Source: Octopus bimaculoides
Lineage: Eukaryota
Reading direction: 5' to 3'
Length of the DNA stretch: 64,000 bases
Assembly (NCBI RefSeq): GCF_001194135.2
Contig: NC_068981.1
Coordinates: 5,879,535 to 5,943,534, forward strand
A program made the translations under genes and the position numbers. How positions within the stretch are numbered: position 1 is the first letter of the stretch; every line of letters begins with the position of its first letter. This document shows, in pieces, positions 60,401-64,000 of the stretch. The notes beneath the pieces were generated by a model. That model had not been told where the DNA came from and ran no database searches. It saw only the letters and a program-made list of their open reading frames with translations.

Positions 60401-63400
60401 TGAAGTGTACCAAAGATTCATCGTTCATTTAACTTCCCTACTTCATGCAGGATCCACATCCTACATGGCGCCAGCACTAGTGAGGTTACCTTGTATACCC
60501 ACAAAACTAAAGAACCCCTAAACCCTTTCGCAGATTACCCTGTCAAATGTAAGGCTTTTTTTATGATTCCCATCCTTTTCAATTAATAATGCAATATGTC
60601 AAAGCTTTGAAATTTCAAGATGATTGTCTATTTTTAGACTGACAATGTAGGGCAGGTGTGAAAAGCTGGACCTGGCCAGTGGACACAAAAAAACGGAATA
60701 TTTGTGCTGGATATGGCTGGTTTGAATGCTGAAGGGTTAAATTGAGAAGGAGAATAAGAGAGGGTGGTACCTTTATGTTGGATATCAAGACAAAGTATAA
60801 TAGAAGGAATTGGAACGGGTTTGGTGTTGTGGAGAAAATTCATGGCTACTCCACACTTCATCACATTGTTGGGTGACAGTGCCTGAGAGAGATGGCAGAA
60901 AGGCAAGCAAGATGCATGGTGGCCACTTAGACTCAAAGTAACATACACAAACTAGAAAGAGATAAAACACAGTAGTGGCAAGGTGTCCATTGAGCTTACA
61001 ACTGTCCCAGTTAGTCCAAGTCATTTTTAGGACTTCAGGCTCATACATAATGCCACTAAAAATCTCATGGCAGAGATAAGCAAAATGGTTAACAACTTCA
61101 ACATTGTTACCCACAACAGAGACTGATGAAGCGGAATCCTTCAAGAAGCCAACAAAAGACTGGATCTTTTTGTCTTGATCCAGGAGACTCTAAAGCCTAA
61201 AGGTTCTGTTTCCTCAGTGAAAGGAAAAGGCCTCTTAAAACATCCAGAGACTCAGCAAAAATTGGATATACCATCAGTAAAATCTCGGTCTGTAATCCTA
61301 GTTTTAGAAACTGAGATGTGTCCTGTTACTTGTAGAATTTGGGGGTTCCAGTTCAGATTGTTTGGCCTTGTGGCTTGATGTTCCAACTTAAACTCTGCTT
61401 ACCGTGTTCTCTCTTCACTGAGGATCCAGCTGGGTTGAAAGCTCATATGAATTGACCTTATGCTAGCTACATGGCGACAATAGATGCGGAGGTATCTCAT
61501 GGTGATGGAGATTGACAGGGACTCTGCTTGACGGGTTGCCTGGAAGGACCCAGGAGGAATATACTGACAAGTGGAGAATGCAGCAATGGCACACACACCA
61601 TCCTCACATGGCTTGATGAAGTGAGTGGAGAACATGATTAGAGATAGAGAATGGATGAAAGGATTAATATAACAAAGAGTAAGAAATGGTAAACTGGGAA
61701 GTTAGGGAACCATTGAAAAATAAATGGTAAACATAACTGACCTTACGCAGATCCTCATGTCCATAATGGAATCATTTCGACCAGTGAACTTTAGCTGGGC
61801 AATCTTTATTTCAAATATGTCGCTCTCTGAGCTCTGCTTTAGCTGATGTTTGTATTCTACGTTAACCGTACTGGTCAGCTATTTAAAGAGATCATCATTA
61901 GAATTTGTGTAAAATACCAGTTTTTTTTGTTTATGTCTGCCAATGGATGGGTTCAGTCGGCAATGACTGAAAAAAACACACACACACACAATGGGCTTCT
62001 TCCAGTTTCTGACTACCAAATCCACTCACAAGGATATAGTAGAAGACACTTGCTCAAACTGCCATGTAGTAGGACTGAACTCAGAACTGTGTGTATAAGA
62101 AGCTAACTTGTTCCCACACAACCATGCCTGCAACTATACCATTCCCGTTTCAAGATCACACTACAAAAGTCCAGAGTCCAACTTCTACCCCAAGATCAAT
62201 TCAAGTCCCATTGTGTCTTCCATTAAAGTTCCTAGTTGCTATTTACTCCCTCAAATTGGGGTTTATGTCTAACATCATTTCACACCATCCACATTGGCAA
62301 AAAAGAAAGAAAGAAAGAAAGTAATATTTCATTTGAATATTTTTCTCATTTTCACAGAACTGATATTTAAAAAGAGAAAAAAGAGAGGGAGAAACAGAGA
62401 TAGATAGATCAAACAATTGAGATAGATAGATAGAGAAAGATAGAAAGAGATAGAAAGAGAGAAAGATAGATATATATATAAAAATTGATCAAAGGACATA
62501 CTAAGTATGTCTACCTGCTGGAAATAACAGTCAAAACTCTTATTTTAATCACTAAAATACACTGATAACTATAGAAATCAACCATTGATAACTTGAGTTA
62601 TTATCATTGTATTTTGGCGATTAAAATAAGAGTTTTGACTGTTATTTCCAGCAGGTAGACATACTTAGTTTAGTATGTCCTTTGATCAATTTTAATCCTT
62701 CATCTATTTAATGCTTTTTGGGGGCCTGCAATTAATCTATATTGTTGATTCTGTTATCACTTTTAAATTGTTACACTAGATAATAATAGAGTCAATGATA
62801 TCTTCGCAAATATTTTCTCGTTAATTATTTGCTCCATATATATCCATCGTCCATCATCGTCGTCGTTTAACATCCGCTTTCCATCCTGGCATGGGTTGGA
62901 CGGTTTGACTAGGGGCTGGCAAACCAGAAGGCTGTACCTGGTTCCAATCCGATCTGACAAAGTTTCAGCTGGATGTCTTTCCTAACACCAACCACTATAT
63001 ATATATATACACCATATTTTATGGCCTATAAGACGCATCTTTTTTACCCCAAAATGGCTTTAAAAATCGCCCTGTGTCCAATGCACTCAATGTAGGCTCA
63101 AAACTCGCTCAGAATGGTATATATGTTTACAAAACGTGTCTGGCCATCAATTGGTGAACAATTGCCTATAGGCCATCAAATACAGTGTGTGTGTGTGTGT
63201 ATATACACACATATACATAGAGAGAGAGAGAGATAGACAGAGAAGAGAAAAAGGAAGAGAGGCTGAAAAAGAGAAAAGATTGATATGGAGGAGGGGGAGA
63301 GAAGGTGAGGAAATGGTTTTACCTGAAACATTGCTCGTCCTGTTCCCAGAATTTGAGCTCTGACATAACTGTAAACATGAGGTCCAACCTGAATGAGAGA

Positions 63401-63882
63401 GAGAGAAATAATAAGTCTTTCTTAGATGCAGAGACACACACCAACATGCTACATCTATTACACACACACACTAGTGTAACACACTAGCACATACTGCATC
63501 TTACACACACACACACAAAGCTAACACTCTTGGTTACAATGATGAGGGTTTCAGCCCGTTTGTGAAATTAATGTGCATGTGGCCGAGTACTTCACAGACA
63601 CGCATACCCTTAATGTAGTTCTCAGGGAGAGTCATCCTGACAATTAAGGTCATATGAAGATTAAAAGTATTTAAAAAAAAACAAAAAACAAAACAAAAAC
63701 AACAACAAAAAACCCAGCACCTTAACAATACTCATGTGTGTATAGTTGTTTTGGGTCATATAAACCAGCTTCTTCGAGTTATTATTGGCCACCGACCAGA
63801 CATCGAGTTCCATGTTGAAGACATTTCGATTGGGATCCACTTGGGTGTATTGATAGAGAGCTTCCAAGGCAGTGATGGTGTC
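56774..63882 (-). CDS. Thioester-containing protein family, macroglobulin complement-related (MCR/TEP6, CD109-like); last six coding exons, 277 aa visible, 5'-partial
   Basis: Six GT-AG exons join in frame (834 nt including stop): DTITALEAL (end of the TED-like domain), SGMSVLEVDIPTGY and VYDYYEP (A2M receptor-binding domain), LNICYVCGSFQCPYCP, then a hydrophobic tail IIKCTVTIFCLLLSVFL. Confidence 0.9.
58134..58409. repeat. Compound (GAT/GAC/AAT)n trinucleotide array
   Basis: Direct reading; accounts for the Asp-rich and Ser/Ile-rich ORF-track entries. Confidence 0.95.
58417..58522 (-). CDS. TEP/MCR-like exon (106 nt) LDQSSSCVDFRANRWYPVANATIQHRIRVYDYYEP
   Basis: ttgcag acceptor, gtaaaa donor; VYDYYEP motif. 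Confidence 0.95.
59408..59582 (-). CDS. TEP/MCR-like exon (175 nt) WKFTTWSLVSGMSVLEVDIPTGY...KIVYYFES
   Basis: ttgcag acceptor, gtaaga donor; SGM.VLEV..PTGY motif. Confidence 0.94.
60680..61560 (-). mobile_element. Degenerate non-LTR retroelement RT relic
   Basis: VEVVNHFAYL (for IEVVDSFxYLG) fragment in a stop-ridden frame. Confidence 0.4.
61742..61878 (-). CDS. TEP/MCR-like exon (137 nt) LTSTVNVEYKHQLKQSSESDIFEIK...GRNDSIMDMRICV
   Basis: aatag acceptor, gtcagt donor; open frame; phases fit both neighbours. Confidence 0.87.
62481..62693. repeat. Fold-back inverted repeat, ~90-bp near-perfect arms
   Basis: AAAATTGATCAAAGGACATACTAAG...ACTCTTATTTTAATC is mirrored by its reverse complement with one 5-nt insertion. 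Confidence 0.9.
63323..63388 (-). CDS. TEP/MCR-like exon (66 nt) VGPHVYSYVRAQILGTGRAMFQ
   Basis: ttcag acceptor, gtaaaa donor; G.G.A..Q motif; phase 0 at both ends. Confidence 0.85.
63721..63882 (-). CDS. TEP/MCR-like exon (162 nt) DTITALEALYQYTQVDPNRNVFNMELDVW...MSIVK
   Basis: ttgcag acceptor, gtgctg donor; (Q)DT..AL.AL motif of A2M/TEP proteins. Confidence 0.92.
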
Positions 63883-64000
63883 CTGCAAAGAGAGAGAGGA
63901 ACCAAAGAGGCACAGGGATTAATCAGGCTAAGGCTATTACAGGTATCTACCTTTGGACGAATTTCATGTTTTATTAGTTAATTAGAGAGACAGACAAGGT

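Overview
Eukaryotic, AT-rich, repeat-dense genomic DNA with seven N-gaps. The microsatellite and SINE landscape looks like an octopus (cephalopod) genome; this is inference, not proven. Two spliced genes converge tail-to-tail. (1) On the + strand is ALDH1L (10-formyltetrahydrofolate dehydrogenase), 5'-partial: 20 GT-AG exons from 5561 to the stop at 42523 that join in frame, with one expected exon probably lost in the gap at 10305-11161. (2) On the - strand are the last six coding exons (63882 to 56774) of a thioester-protein-family gene of the macroglobulin complement-related (MCR/TEP6, CD109-like) type with a hydrophobic C-terminus. Introns and the intergenic region hold several tRNA-headed SINE families, RTE-LINE remnants, three Tc1/mariner relics, hAT- and piggyBac-type MITEs, a Helitron-like element and a solo-LTR-like element. 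The best candidate for an undescribed system is a tRNA-headed SINE family carrying a minimal type I hammerhead-ribozyme motif (CUGAUGA-A-stem II-GAAAC-GU-U). It has six motif-bearing copies at four loci, and at three of the four loci the element sits as a head-to-head inverted pair. Other leads are a probable 3'-UTR intron in ALDH1L, long hairpins in both 3' regions (possible ADAR substrates), an extra intron relative to vertebrate ALDH1L1, and a Tc1 element with DD36E spacing. All coordinates and translations were read by eye; no searches or folding programs were run.
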